Assembly (NCBI GenBank): GCA_040285825.1
Contig: JAUPSS010000007.1
Coordinates: 1,710,689 to 1,774,688, forward strand
Reading direction: 5' to 3'
DNA length: 64,000 bases
Source: Eukaryota sp. TZLM1-RC
Lineage: Eukaryota; Protista; Metamonada: BaSk clade
The notes below the pieces were generated by a model. That model saw nothing but the letters and a program-made list of their open reading frames with translations. It had not been told where the DNA came from and did not search any database. Position numbers and translations under genes: made by a program. This document shows, piece by piece, positions 23,554 to 36,311 of the stretch; the stretch's first letter is position 1, and every line of letters starts with the position of its first letter.

Positions 23554-25215
23554 ATGTCTCTAGATAATAGCGATAACACAATCTTCATTCGAAACCTTCC
23601 TTACTCTGCTACTTCAGATGATCTTTCTTCATTATGTGATGATATCGGCCCAGTCAAACGTGCCTTCGTTATTGATTCCAAAGACCCTGTAACTGGTGTT
23701 CGCAAAAGTCGTGGAATCGGCTTTGTTGAGTTTTCTTTAACATCAGATGCCCTCCAAGCCGTCAATGAACTCAACAACAAAACTTTCAAAGACCGGAAGC
23801 TTTCAATACATCTTGCCAAGAAGAACCCTGTGGATACTCAGTCTAAGAACTCAGCAATTCCCTCTGAATCTATACCTACTCCTGCTCTCCCCAATAGGAC
23901 AGTCGAGAATAAGAGGAAAAGTTCCAAAAAACCAAGAAGTCACAAACCTTGGAGACTCATCGTTCGTAACCTTCCTTTTTCCATCAATCTGAAACGTCTT
24001 ACCCAGTTCTTTGAACCTATTGGAGAGCTTGATGATGTCTACTATCCAACCAGAGAGTTCAAAGGGAAACAAACTGGGACTGGTTTTGCTTTTGTTACTT
24101 TTGTTAAAAAAGAAGACGCTGAAAAAGCGATTAATGATTTGAACGCTACAAAACTTGGCCAGCGAGATGTCATTATTGATTACTGTGTCTCTAAAGATAA
24201 ACATTCCATTAATGATCAATCTGATGATGATGTAGAAGTCGATGAAAGTCAAGAAGAGGTCAAGGAAAGTCAAGAAGAAGAAGATGAACTCTCCACGACT
24301 TTTTTCCTACGAAATCTTTGTCCTTCCACCAAGACTGGTGAATTAGTTAAACTGTTTTCTAAATTTGGCAACATTGACTATGTCAAGTTAGTCAAGGATA
24401 GGGTGACTAGATTGCCTAGAGGAACTGCATTCTTAAAGTTTTCAAAACAATCTTCTTTTGATAAATGTCTCGCAGTTTCAAATCTAACCCCGCCTTTTAT
24501 TAATGGAAGAGTTTTGGAAGTTTTGCCTGCCTTGGGTAAGGACCAGGTTGCGAGTCAAGGGGTAAAAAATATCGACAAAAGGAATCTATATTTGGCAGCA
24601 GAGGGTGATATCCTTCCAGAATCAGACAGTTTCCAAGCATTACCCAAAGCAGATCAAGAAAAAAGAAGAAACGCTTTGAGAGAAAAAGAGGAAAAATTGC
24701 AAAATCCAAATTTTTGTGTTTCATCTACTCGGTTACTCGTCAGAAATATCCCAAAGAATATTGAAGAAAAGTCTTTGAAAGTTTTATTTAAATCAGCTGG
24801 TGCTAGTGCAGCGGAATTATTTGGCGATCCATCATTGTTAAAGGTCAAACTTAAGCAGATTAAGTTGCTGAAAGAAACAGATAGATTAGATGCAAATGGA
24901 CAACCCATGTCAAAAGGAATCTGTTTTGTTCAATATCATAATCATTTACAAGCTTTGGCGGCTTTAAGATCCCTTAATAATAGCCCAGATGTAGAAGATT
25001 TTGGTGGTAAGAGACCTATTGTGGAGTTTGCGATCGATAATGTAAGAATGCTTCAAAAATTCAACCATACTCTGATGAAAACTAGAGAAAGTCAAGCAGA
25101 ATCAGGCAAGAAAAACAGCAGGAAACGACGAAGCTCGAAAAAAGGAGAAGTTGAGGAAGAAAAAGAAGTGAATTCTCAAGTTAAACCTAAATCAAAAAAA
25201 ATTCGTTTTGATTAA
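23554..25215 (+). CDS. RBM28: RNA-binding protein RBM28/Nop4 (4 RRMs)
   Basis: Four RRMs ('SRGIGFVEF','GFAFVTF','RGTAFLKF','SKGICFVQY'); 'DKRNLYLAAEG','NPNFCVSSTRL','RPIVEFAID'. Confidence 0.92.
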   Translation: MSLDNSDNTIFIRNLPYSATSDDLSSLCDDIGPVKRAFVIDSKDPVTGVRKSRGIGFVEFSLTSDALQAVNELNNKTFKDRKLSIHLAKKNPVDTQSKNSAIPSESIPTPALPNRTVENKRKSSKKPRSHKPWRLIVRNLPFSINLKRLTQFFEPIGELDDVYYPTREFKGKQTGTGFAFVTFVKKEDAEKAINDLNATKLGQRDVIIDYCVSKDKHSINDQSDDDVEVDESQEEVKESQEEEDELSTTFFLRNLCPSTKTGELVKLFSKFGNIDYVKLVKDRVTRLPRGTAFLKFSKQSSFDKCLAVSNLTPPFINGRVLEVLPALGKDQVASQGVKNIDKRNLYLAAEGDILPESDSFQALPKADQEKRRNALREKEEKLQNPNFCVSSTRLLVRNIPKNIEEKSLKVLFKSAGASAAELFGDPSLLKVKLKQIKLLKETDRLDANGQPMSKGICFVQYHNHLQALAALRSLNNSPDVEDFGGKRPIVEFAIDNVRMLQKFNHTLMKTRESQAESGKKNSRKRRSSKKGEVEEEKEVNSQVKPKSKKIRFD

Positions 25216-25852
25216 ATTTTACATTTTCCTTTTGTTTTTTTACAGAGTTGCCAATGTATTTCTGCCATCCTTTTTTACTCATTCATATTCAAGCAGTTAG
25301 TTTTTAGTCTTTTTTAATTACAATAAAACAATATTTAATTGTAAATTTGTTTGAACACAATTACGATATAGTACTAAATTCAAAAAAATTCACCCCATGG
25401 CATAATGCACTATTGAACTTTACTATAGCAATGTCTCTCCAATAGAAAATAATCCGATACAATTACAAACAGAAATCTTTCACTAAATCAATACTTAGGT
25501 TCTTGCGATTTATTGTTCTCCATTAAATTATTATGGCAAGAAACTCAAGAATCCCGTGTTTTAAAAAGCATTTGCAGAAAAAATTACTGCAAATGAATAA
25601 TTTTGCTCCAGCTGACAGATTTAAAGATTATATTCCTTTAAATGTTGCAAATGATACTTTGGTTTTAAATAAAACTGAATCCTGAAAGATGCTCCAGAAT
25701 ACAAAGCAAATTAAAGACATCTATAAACGAATATGATTACTGACAAACAAGAAATTAATTGACGGTGCTTTAAACATTGGCTGAACAAATGTGAGGCATA
25801 TGGCTCGGTTTTTTGGCGTTTAATGAATCCAATACGTTGTTTCCCACCATAA

Positions 25853-26295
25853 GTTTTATTTTTTTAATTTTTTTATTTTTTTATTTTTTTAAATTTTATT
25901 TTCTACGAAGAATCAAAACAAAACAAAACAAACTAAAACACATGAGAAACAAAATTCTCCACGCCAACTCTTGATGAATCCTTATACAGCTTGGACATCA
26001 TTAAACTCAAGTACTTGGGAACACTTCTGTACAAAGCGAAAATGATACTATTCTTCCATAAATTCCCTGCAAAATTCTTACCACTTGAACGACATAAATT
26101 ACCAAAATCATTGATAAAATTCAAGGCAGACTGTCCAATGTTGCCAAAAATCGAAAAGGCAAAGGGAACAAACGAAAACTTCGAGTAAAGATTCTTATTT
26201 AAATCATTTAATATCTCAGTATATTTATCTCTTTTACGATCTTCAGCCTTGTTTAAATGATCATTAGCACTAAGTAAAACATCATCACAATAAAT
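25853..26295 (-). mobile_element. 3' fragment of CRE-like retroelement, family F
   Basis: Encodes 'FVPFAFSIFGNIG...WKNSIIFALYRSVP'; A-rich tail at ~25855-25900; homologous to 47461-47499 + 49030-49380. Confidence 0.82.
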
Positions 26296-26838
26296 TTATT
26301 TTTTTTATTTATTTTATATAAGAAATGGCGAGGAGAGGAAGCAAGCAGATCAGAATTTTGTAAATGAAGTCCTCGTTCAATTTATGTCATCCTTCTTGAA
26401 TTGCTATTTAATTTGATACCTGTAGGATTTGGATTTGACTTGAGTCAAGTTGATGCTTCCTATAGTGGTTAAAATTTATAACTTTTGTATATGAATGAGC
26501 AGGTGTTAGCCTTTTTATTTAATTATTTTGAAATAAAACAGGATTTTGATTTGATATAACATGAAATTTAAACAATACACTAATAAGGATGTGAAAAGAG
26601 TAATTGTTTATGATATTTAACTTATTGAATTTGCACACTGAACAAAATAAACTCAAAACTAATGGGAATTTCATGGAACCAAGATTTCCTCTACAAAACC
26701 TTGATCTGCTTGCTGTCTTACTAAAACTTCCCTAATTCGATTAAAAAACCGAGGCAAACTGTCAGAAATGGCAAATTGAATCCGAGAGCGCCATGATAAA
26801 TATCAATTCTTCTTATTGTTTTTTCTTGCACCATTTTT

Positions 26839-28292
26839 TTAAGTGAGTTTTTATTTATTTAAACAAAAATGTTAAAAACTAAAAATCTATTTCCTCAAAC
26901 TCCACATCTACCATTGAAAATTTACCTTCAACCTTTTCTTCATAATATCTTCCTAGTGATAACAACGAGCTAGAAACAAGGCTATGCATCCCCTTAAAAA
27001 TGGAAAATACAATTCTATTTTGCCAAAAGGTTCGGTCAAATATTCTTCCAGTTCTATTTTTGACAATAGTAGAGAAATCAACTAGAAATGATAACGCGGT
27101 TTTACTTAAAATTCCAAATAAAGAAAAAGCAAAAGGACAAAGAAGGTATTGAGTATGTGAGTTGGAATTCAGATTATTGATTTTTTCTGTGTACTTGATA
27201 AATTTTGCTTCTTCAGCTCTACGTAAAGGTGAATTATAAGATTGTGCCAGTTTTTCATTTGAGCTGTTTGATGCATCAGTAGATCTGACATCAATAACAA
27301 TCATTGATTTATCAAGTCCGGGAACTAGCACATCACCACGGCTGTCACCAAAAGAATTTTTGTCAGATTCATCAGCCAGATTGGAAAGCAAAGGTTCTAA
27401 AAAAGATTCAATCTGGTAGGACTTAACCATACAATAGAGCTGATCACGAACTGCATCATGCACTTTTGATCTAAAAGTAATAAATCGATTACAATTAAAT
27501 AAATGGGTTGGAGTGACAGACTTTCCACATTTACAAATTAAACCATGAGGAAGATTATCAAGCCAAATAAAAGATTAAAGACGCATAGATAACAAAAAGC
27601 AAGGGTCATTGAGAAACAAACCAAAAACTCTTGGTACTTGATTAATCAAACAAGAGGCAGAACTATCACAAACATCCAGTAACAAATTTGCAAAAGCGGG
27701 ATTTTTTTTCTTGGCCATGCCAAGACGTACTTCATAATCTAAGCCTTCCATTATTACTGTCAGTTTCTTCACACAATACCTTAAATTAACTAAATTTCGT
27801 GGAGGAATCTCTTGAACTGAGTCGGGAAAGCATTGACACCAAATTTCTGGTGCAATTTTATTAATAGCAACGTCAAGGTCATACAAATATTTTGAAAATG
27901 ATGGACTAAGCAAATGAATATCTTCAGGGAAACGATTAAGAAATTCAAAAATAAAATTTTTACCACCACCCATAAAAGCTGCTTGACAAAGAATCGAGGA
28001 TTTGGTAAAGCCAACACCACCAAATTGTGAAGAAGAGAACAAGTGAGCTCGAATAAGCTCAGGATTCACTTCTAATAAGGAAGCAAAGAAAGTTGCACGA
28101 AGTTGATTAAATGATCGGCAGAAATCAATAGACAATGAAGGTGCTGTCGATCTCAATAAGTGAGTAATTTTTCCGGAGTAACAAATTTTTAAGATAAAAA
28201 ACTTGATATGTTTTTCTATTTCTAATTCAGAAATTAATTGAAGTTCAGTACCAAGTTTAGCACCAATTTCATTAAGATTTCTAGTTATATGA
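26839..28292 (-). mobile_element. 5'-truncated CRE-like element, family C, nested in family A
   Basis: 'EKHIKFFILKICYSG','GGVGF','HDAVRDQLYCMVKS..EP..RGD..VID..KFIKY'; TSD accattttt at 26830-26838 and 28293-28301. Confidence 0.88.
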
Positions 28293-30436
28293 ACCATTTT
28301 TGGGAAGTCATTCAAAAATGTCCCCGCTTCTACTGATAGTTTTCGGTTTATCGAAAATGGGAAAGTCGTAAGTACCAGTGGTGTATTTCTATCAGCATTA
28401 GTTTCTTCAATAGCTTTGTCATATTTCCTATGTTTTTCTTTAGCTTTAAATTCAAGAGCGCTTACAGGATTAAGTTCTCTTCTGTGAACCAAAGTATCAT
28501 TTACAACATTACACGAGACAAAGTCAACAACAGCTTCAGATTTATCAATCCAATCACAGTATACATCACCTCTATAATCAGAACCCAAATTATTCAATGA
28601 CAGTGTTTCCTTCAGCAGAGGCTCTTTGATAAATGAAATCCTTGCAGTTTGTGCCACATTAAAAACAGTGTCTCTAACAGCATCATGTAATGAAGAACAA
28701 TAAGTTATCAATTTCGAACAATTCAGAGCATGACGCAAAGTGAGCTGAGGTGAATTCGAACAAATACAGTTTTCTTTTGATAATAATTGATTAATAGGAG
28801 TATTCAAATATAATCTCAATTTTGTTACAAAGGCTTCATTAGTAGCACACATTCCAAATCGTCGTGTTACAATGGTTACAAACAGTGAAGAATCTGATGA
28901 CTGGTTTTCACAAATACCCTTTTCCAATAACAATGAGTGGAGATTTTGATTTAAAACAGCCGAGCTGTTATAAAGATCATTTTCATACATTCCATTCACT
29001 TGTTTTTTGTAAGTTTGGAAGAGTGTAACTTAAATTTAAAAAATTCTTTTAGGGAATATTGCCATTGAATGATTGGGAAAAGCATAGACTCCATTCTTCT
29101 AAATCAATTTTTGTAATTTCTTCATTTAATGCAAAAATAGTAGAACTTTGCATTGTCATTTATAAATCTTCCCAATCGGCAAATCTTTCGGAAAACTCAA
29201 ATATTGCATTCCTGCATCTACCAATAAAAGCGCATGAAGTAAGAATTGAGCCCTTTGTCCAACCTGAACCGCCATAATGTGGACTAAGATAAGCATGGTC
29301 TGGAATTTGGAACATTTTATATCCCAGTAATTGTGACAAAACTTTTGCACGTAACTCATTAAACTTCTGATCCAAAAACCTAGTGACAAGAGGATTTGTA
29401 GATCGAAATAAATGATTAAAGTTGGAATTAAAACAAAGTCTTATAATGGGAAATTTGATATGTTTCTGTATATTCAATTTCATCATTGGCTCAATTTTAT
29501 CTGAAATTGAGTTCAACTTTTCATACAATTTTTTGGTAATTTCATCATTATTTCCTAAATACGAACCCAAATGACGAATAGCATCAGTTGAATATAACTT
29601 GGTTTGAATTTCAATATCATCAACTATTGTTGAAACTGGAGAATTTGAAAGTAGAACCCATTTCAGTAAGTTAAGTCGAACGCCAATTTTGTTGAATAAT
29701 TCTTTGAAACATAAAATTGCTTCTCTGACAATCCTTAATTCACCCATAAGAACAACATCATCCATCTAAGCATCCATTTCGAAAAAAGGAAACATTGCTT
29801 GAATTTGTAATAAAACGGATGAATGGTCAGACAAAACAAAGGAGGTCGCAGGGGATCTACTTGCTCAACACCACATGCTGATTTCAAAATAGTATCCACC
29901 AGATGCAAATCAGAATTTGTGCAATCCGTTGTTTGAAAATAAGGTACCAATTCTGGCAAGTAATTCAACAAATCACCATGAATATTGCAACGATTGATTG
30001 AATTGAATGTATTGCTAAAATCCAACAATATATAAATATTGAATTGATTTTGATGAAATAGAACATCTGTAGCAAATACTGCTGAAGCAACTCCATCAGT
30101 GTTATTGATTCCATATTGACACGGCAACGAAATTATTTTTGCTTTTTCATTGAATCTATTTAGGCAGCAAGCAGAAATTATATTGTGTAAACTTTCAGAG
30201 ACTGCAATTGGACGAACATCCATTTTTGAGTTTTTTACAAGTGCAGTCAAACGTGAACATCTTAATTCTTCACGATATTTGAGTTGACCAGTTAAAACTC
30301 TTAAAAGATGTGGATAATACAATTAGACAATCTTCTAAAGACAGAACCGTAGCTTTGATACGATCAATAAAATGCCCAGAAAGACCTGCAGACTTTCCGT
30401 TCCGCGTGGTCGCTTTTTGATTACTGAAAATACCTC

Positions 30437-33369
30437 CAGCTGTTGCCGTTGTGAAAGCTGCTGAAAATAATGTTTCTGACGATCAACAGTTAAATGCTTC
30501 TAGTGTTCCCTCTTCTTCCCCTTCTGAAAACAGTAATTTTTGTTGTCCATTTTGCAAAAAAGATGTTGCAGATTCACGAAATGGTCGAAAACTTCTGTTT
30601 TGTACGAATTGTAAAGCCGTTGATACCGTAAGACCCCCGATCCGGATCCCAGTAGAAATAAGTCCCGCCAGCACAATCCCCTTCTCAATGGAAATGAGAA
30701 ATTTTACTTCTGAATTGAAAAATAATAAGTGGAATATTTCATCCTTCTGGAAATATTTTGGTAGAAAAAACAAAAATTGTTTTAAGAAAAAATTTGGAAA
30801 TAGAAAAATTGTAAAATCAAAAATTTGCCGAAAATTGTGCTTACGTGGTCGTTATGGTGCCGCAAAGCAGTCTTTGTTTTCCTCTTCTTTGGCTGATGTA
30901 AACTCTGATACCCTTGAAAAACTCCAAAAGTTGCATCCTCAAGAAAATTTCAAGTGCAGCAAGCCTGAAGTGTGTCCTTTTTGGATTGAAAATCCTATTA
31001 CTGCAATTGAGGTTCTTAAAGCTATTCAAAAATTACCTAAGGGGAAAGCAGCAGGCCCATCTGGAATTTCTTTTGATCTCTTAAAAATAGCGTGTTCCAG
31101 TGCTCCCGAAATTGCTGATGATCTAGCCCACTATTTTCAACAATCAATTGTTTTGAAAATAAATCCTCCATTTGAATTGCTCGCAGCACGTCTGATTGCT
31201 TTAGTAAAGCCTGGAAACGGAATCAAACCTGATGGAATACGCCCAATTGCTGTTGGTGAATCTCTTTCTCGTTTGCTGGCATCAATTGTCTTCGATCGTG
31301 TCAAAGACAAAGCCTCTACATTTTTGACTCCTCATCAATTTGGAATCAAAACAATTGATGGTGCTTCTGTTGCTGCTATTGCCTCTGATACCTTTTTTAA
31401 TGCAGAGGAAAATAATTTTATTTTTAATCTCGACTTTAAAAATGCTTTTAATTCTGTAAAGCGAGAAGCAATTTTTGAAGTTATTAAATCTGATTTTCCT
31501 GAGCTATCGAGTTTTTTCTACCATTTTTATGGTAAAGAATCAGATTTAATTTTTAATTCATTTGCTCTTAAATCATCTTCTGGTGTGAAGCAAGGTGACC
31601 CTTTAGGTCCATTATTGTTTTGTTTAGCTATTCACAAAACTTTAAATATCATTAAGCAAAAATACCCTTCTATAAAAATAGTTGCTTATATGGATAATAT
31701 ATCCTTGATTGGTTCATTTGATTTACTAGAATTGGTTGCTCAAGAAATTACCGATTCATATGAAAATATTGGGCTTCATCTTAATGCCAGCAAATGCCTT
31801 CTGATTGGCTCTTCTGCTCAAGACCTCGTGATAAACGATTCTATTGTCCCTTTTACTAATTATAGTAGTGATGCTTTTAAGTTCCTTGGTTGTTGGTTAG
31901 GAAATGTGCCTCAAATTCAGAATGAATTGCAAGTTATTTTGGAAAAAATGAAAATTGAACTTGATTCAATTTCTTCTTTAGATATAGAAAAGCATATTAA
32001 ATTTTTTATGCTTAAAATTTGCTACACTGGGAGAATAACCCACATTTTGAGATCTTGTGCTCCTTCCATAGCATTAGATTTTTGTCGTTCTTTTAATTCA
32101 TTGAGAACAGAATTTTTTGCTGATTTATTGGATGTAGAACCAGGAATGTTGAAAAGCCATTTATTTTCTTCCAGCAAATTTGGGGGTATTGGATTTACTA
32201 AATCTTCAATTTTGTGTCAATCAGCATTCTTGGGTGGTGGCAAAAATTTTATTTATGAATTTTCTCGTAGATTTCCTGATGATTCTCATCTGTTAGTCCC
32301 CAATTGTAGTCCCTATTTGTATGAGTTATCTTGTGAACTTGAAAAATTACCGCCACAAATTTGGACCAAATGTTTTCCTCAATCAATTCAAGAAATTCCA
32401 AACCGATCTCTATTTAATTTACAGTTTTGCTGTAAAAAGCTTCAACAAAAATTGTCAAAGATTTTTGAGAGCTTGGATTTTGATGTTAGACTTGGCTTGG
32501 CCAAGAAAAAGAATCCCGCTTTTGCAAATCTTTTACAAGATATGTGTGACAGTACTTCTTCTGCCTTAGTAACAACAATTCCACAAGTTTATGGTACTCT
32601 CTTATCCGATTCTGCATGGACTCTGAATATGAGATTTCGTTCCTTTATCTGGCCTGATAATTTACCTCATAATTTAATTTGTAAATGTTCTCGAGAAATT
32701 ACAACTACTCATTTGTTAAATTGTAAACATTTTATTACTTTTAGAAGCAAGGTTCATGATGCTGTAAGAGACCAGTTATATTGTATGTGTAAATCTCATA
32801 GAATTGAATCCTTCTTGGAACCTCTGTTGTCAAATCTGTTTGATGCTGAAAATGATTTTCATAAGAATAATAGAGGTGATGTCATATTACCTGGATTAGA
32901 TGGAAGCTTTATTTTATTGGTTGTAATGTCTGTTGATCCTTGTAATGCCTCAAATGAAAGGCTTGTTAATTCTGAAATTCATAATCCCCTTTCAAATGCT
33001 GAAAATTTTAAATTCAAAAAAATACAATGAACCTTTGTCCAAATTGGCCAGTCTACAGCATGCAAAAATACAATTTGTATCCATTTGTATTTTCCCTTTT
33101 TGGTTCACTTGCACCAACTGCTTTACGTTTTTTGGATGATTTTGAAATGATTGTAAAGAGAAGAACTGGCAGAAATTTCAACAGGTTGTTTTGGCAAAAT
33201 AGAATTGTGTTTTCTATTTTTAAGGGGATGTTGAAGATGGTTTCTGATGCTTTGCTTTCTCTTGGATCTCACTATGAGAGAGTTGCATCTAGTGTTTTTG
33301 TTTTGGGAGAGATGGATTTTTTAGATGTTGATTTATAGGTTTAGAATAAAATTAAATTTTAAAAAAAAA
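30437..33369 (+). mobile_element. Near full-length CRE-like non-LTR retrotransposon, family B, nested antisense in family A
   Basis: 859-aa ORF: N-terminal CxxC..CxxC, 'KAAGPSG','RPIAVGE','DFKNAFN','GVKQGDPLGP','AYMDN' (D>N), CCHC + RLE; two +1 A-run slips (~33020, ~33066); poly(A) 33361-33369; TSD gaaaatacctc at 30426-30436 and 33370-33380. Confidence 0.93.
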
Positions 33370-34408
33370 GAAAATACCTCTACTGTCGTCATCATCAATG
33401 GATGGCTTTCCCAATAATCTCCATAATAATTTTGATTCATTATTGGGTTTTCAAATGGATGAAGGATCTTGAGTTTATTTACAGATTCTTCGTTATTAGG
33501 AGCTTTGACTCCTGGATTTAAAGTAGACAAAGCACTAGACCACTTGTTATCAAAGCATTTATCTTCAAAAATTTTACTCAATTTTTCACATGACACTTTT
33601 GTTAGTGCAGCATTATTTAAATTTACAGCATTTCCAACAAAATTTTGTTCAAAAAGAGCACAAAGAGAACCAAAGAATTCCCAAAGAATATTAATAGCAT
33701 AGTTTCCTTTACATAATTGAACCAAAAGTCTTTTAAAAACCAAAGCGAATTCATTGCATTTCGAAGGATGTATTTCTTGAGGCATTTTTATAGAAATAAT
33801 GTAAATTTTCTTTTATTCTACATCTCCAGCATCGTTTTGTCTTTTTGGTAATTTTGAGAATGTTTGAAATGGAAGCTGTATCCATGGATATAAGAAGGAA
33901 TGGAGTTGAGTCAATTCAGATTGAAAAAGATTAATTGAGATTAATTGAGATTATAGAGTAATTATCCCAGATTAATTATAAATTACTTACAAATTACATA
34001 TAGATTAATTTTCCAAAAAAAAGCTTCTGCATAAAGTTCAATCCAGTGTTACATAAAACCCATTTGATCTCTCAAATCAGGTCTTTTCAGACCCTTATTT
34101 CAATCCCAATTTCCCCCTACCTTTTTTCAAGCTTGATCTTGTTTTGATCGATCTCAAATCGTCTTCTTTACACACCTCGCCTTCAAGACGACGTTTAAAG
34201 TTTTGCCTTTTTTTCTGAAGATAATTCGAGATGACACAGATTAGATGAAGAAAGTGTAACCAATTTGGTAGAGCTTGAACATACAATGAATGGTAAGGAG
34301 GTCTCAGAAGAAATCACTCAATGAAATGTTTGGAAATACCGACTTTGATAAGGAGAAGTTGGTTAGGTTGAGTGAATTTGCAGATGAGATGCTATTGATA
34401 ACAAGATC

Positions 34409-35771
34409 TTTTGCCGTAAGTCTTAAGAGATTAAAGACAATTTGAGATGATGTGAATGAGGAAAAGTTTATTTTATAATATTATATAAGCCTTAGGTTGT
34501 CAACACTGCTTCTTCCCTTTTTCAAAATAAATAAGCTTCTACCAATATGAAACTAAAACTATAAACAGATAACTCAATAGCTATAAATAACTAAATATAC
34601 TAAGAACTAAATACTAAATTCTAATGTTTTTTATTGTCTACAATTATCTTTGTAGTGATTGGGATTCACACAAACACTGGTTTTACATTTTTAAGATCGA
34701 CAATGTACTATAGTCTAGTACTATGACTCTCCCACAATAATGTTAGTATAAGGTAGTAAGCAATAACTGAAATAGGCCTCGTTTCAAGATCTGTGTGTTT
34801 GAATACTTCGGTGTGTATGTTTTAAACGCTACATAAAGACTTTGCTTCTCCCCTTTTTCGTAAACGAGTAACGTGGTAGTGACGTCAAGGTATCATGGAA
34901 TCGAAGAATGGATTCGCTAATGATCATGCAGGGTCTCTGTTGGATCAAAAACAACAGTAAGCGATGTCACAAATTTCAGAAACCTGAAGGCGGCGTTTTT
35001 TGTTGTTGAAGTACTGCTTTTACGACTAAAAATTGCAGAAAAGCAACGACTGTATTCTTGCCATTGTAATACAATAACAGTGGAGGTGAAGTCGCAACTC
35101 GTTACCTCGTATGTAGTCGACTTTTTTTGTGTTTGGCTCCATAAGGAAGGAAGCTGCTTGAATGGATAAAAGTCCATTGATTCGAAGTAGAGCTCCGCAT
35201 CCTTGTTAGGAGTTTGTAGAATCCATCATTGGAGTCATCTTTCCCTTCCGTGTTTTGCACTCTCCTAGAGGGGTTGATTATGTGAAGTGGGATTTCCATT
35301 GTGTTTCTTCACTAGACGCTACATTAGGGAAGAGATAGGAAATTGGGTCCATTCACGTGGCCTCCTCTGACTCTGAAGGTACTACTTCCTTTTTGAGGGG
35401 AGAGGGAGCCGGGTAAGTTCTCATAACCTCTTTATTTACTCTGAAAGGAGAGGCGGGATCCGGGTCCGTTTCCTCGTCATCCTTTTGTGAGTTTGTTGTA
35501 TGTTGTTGTTGTGTAGTTTGCTAGTGCTGCATGTTAGGTGAATAAGTGAAGTCGGAAATATCTTTCTGAAAGATGTCTGACATACTAAAAGGATACTTAG
35601 TTGGCTGTCACTGTGTAGATGTTGAAGTTATTATGGTATACATGGACTTATAATGGCCAATAATTTTTGTTGCCGTAAATCTTAAGAGATTAAAGAAAGT
35701 CTGAGATGTTGTGAATGAGGAAAAGTTGATTTGTCTTTCAATCGTATTATATAAACCTTGGGGCGCCAACA
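34409..35771 (-). mobile_element. Small LTR-like (TRIM-like) non-autonomous element with ~100-bp direct terminal repeats
   Basis: Repeats at 34409-34505 and 35668-35771 (TGTTG...CAACA); 4-bp TSD GATC at 34405-34408 and 35772-35775; polypurine tract gaaaaagggaagaagcag on the - strand at 34523-34506 abutting the repeat. Confidence 0.7.
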
Positions 35772-36311
35772 GATCCTGATGACGATGACTATTAGATTCA
35801 ATAATTATATTTGTTTTATTTGTACAAAATTTCGCACTTCAATTTAAATACAACTTTCTGTGATGACATCACCTTGAATCATTATCACTGTCGTGAAGCA
35901 CCCTTGTTTGATCTTCAAAAATTGAATAACCCTAAATCAATTTGAATCATAGTTGAAGATTACTTCATGACGTCATGAAAAATCATGAATTTTGTAATGG
36001 TTTTATTTATTTTTGCAATTCAACTTGAATTATTCAAATTATTCAATAAAGTAACAACTTTCCAAAGCAATCTTGTTCCACTATGAGTCTTCAAGTTCCT
36101 TCAGGATTCTCGTTTCACAGTACAAAAAGCAACAATCCCCTTTTTTATGATGTTCATTATGATTATTGATCGTATAGATCTAATTGGCATTTATTTAATA
36201 TTTTATTGAATAAAGATTCTTATAAATGAAGAAACAACGAGTGAACATCCCGATGCAAACTGCTGTCATCACAAGATGGGTTTGAGATTAATCTTCAACT
36301 ATGATTTGAAT

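Larger units (their letters stand above)
26600..33900 (-). mobile_element. Long family-A CRE-like element split by two nested insertions (segments ~33900-33370, 30436-28293, 26838-~26600)
   Basis: Collinear N-terminal region ('KLKILHP'), RT ('VRPIAVSE','LLDFSN','EQVDPL','MDD'), RLE and the family-A 3' end; junction TSDs visible. Confidence 0.85.

Noticed and set aside
27575-28999. 474-aa ORF that looks like a novel RLE-before-RT protein
   Set aside because: Chance in-frame fusion at ~28293 of the family-A endonuclease region and the nested family-C fragment; a TSD marks the junction
33011-33070. Programmed frameshift in the family-B ORF
   Set aside because: Two single-A expansions in homopolymers that are absent from the 36.8-kb copy; decay or sequencing error is more likely
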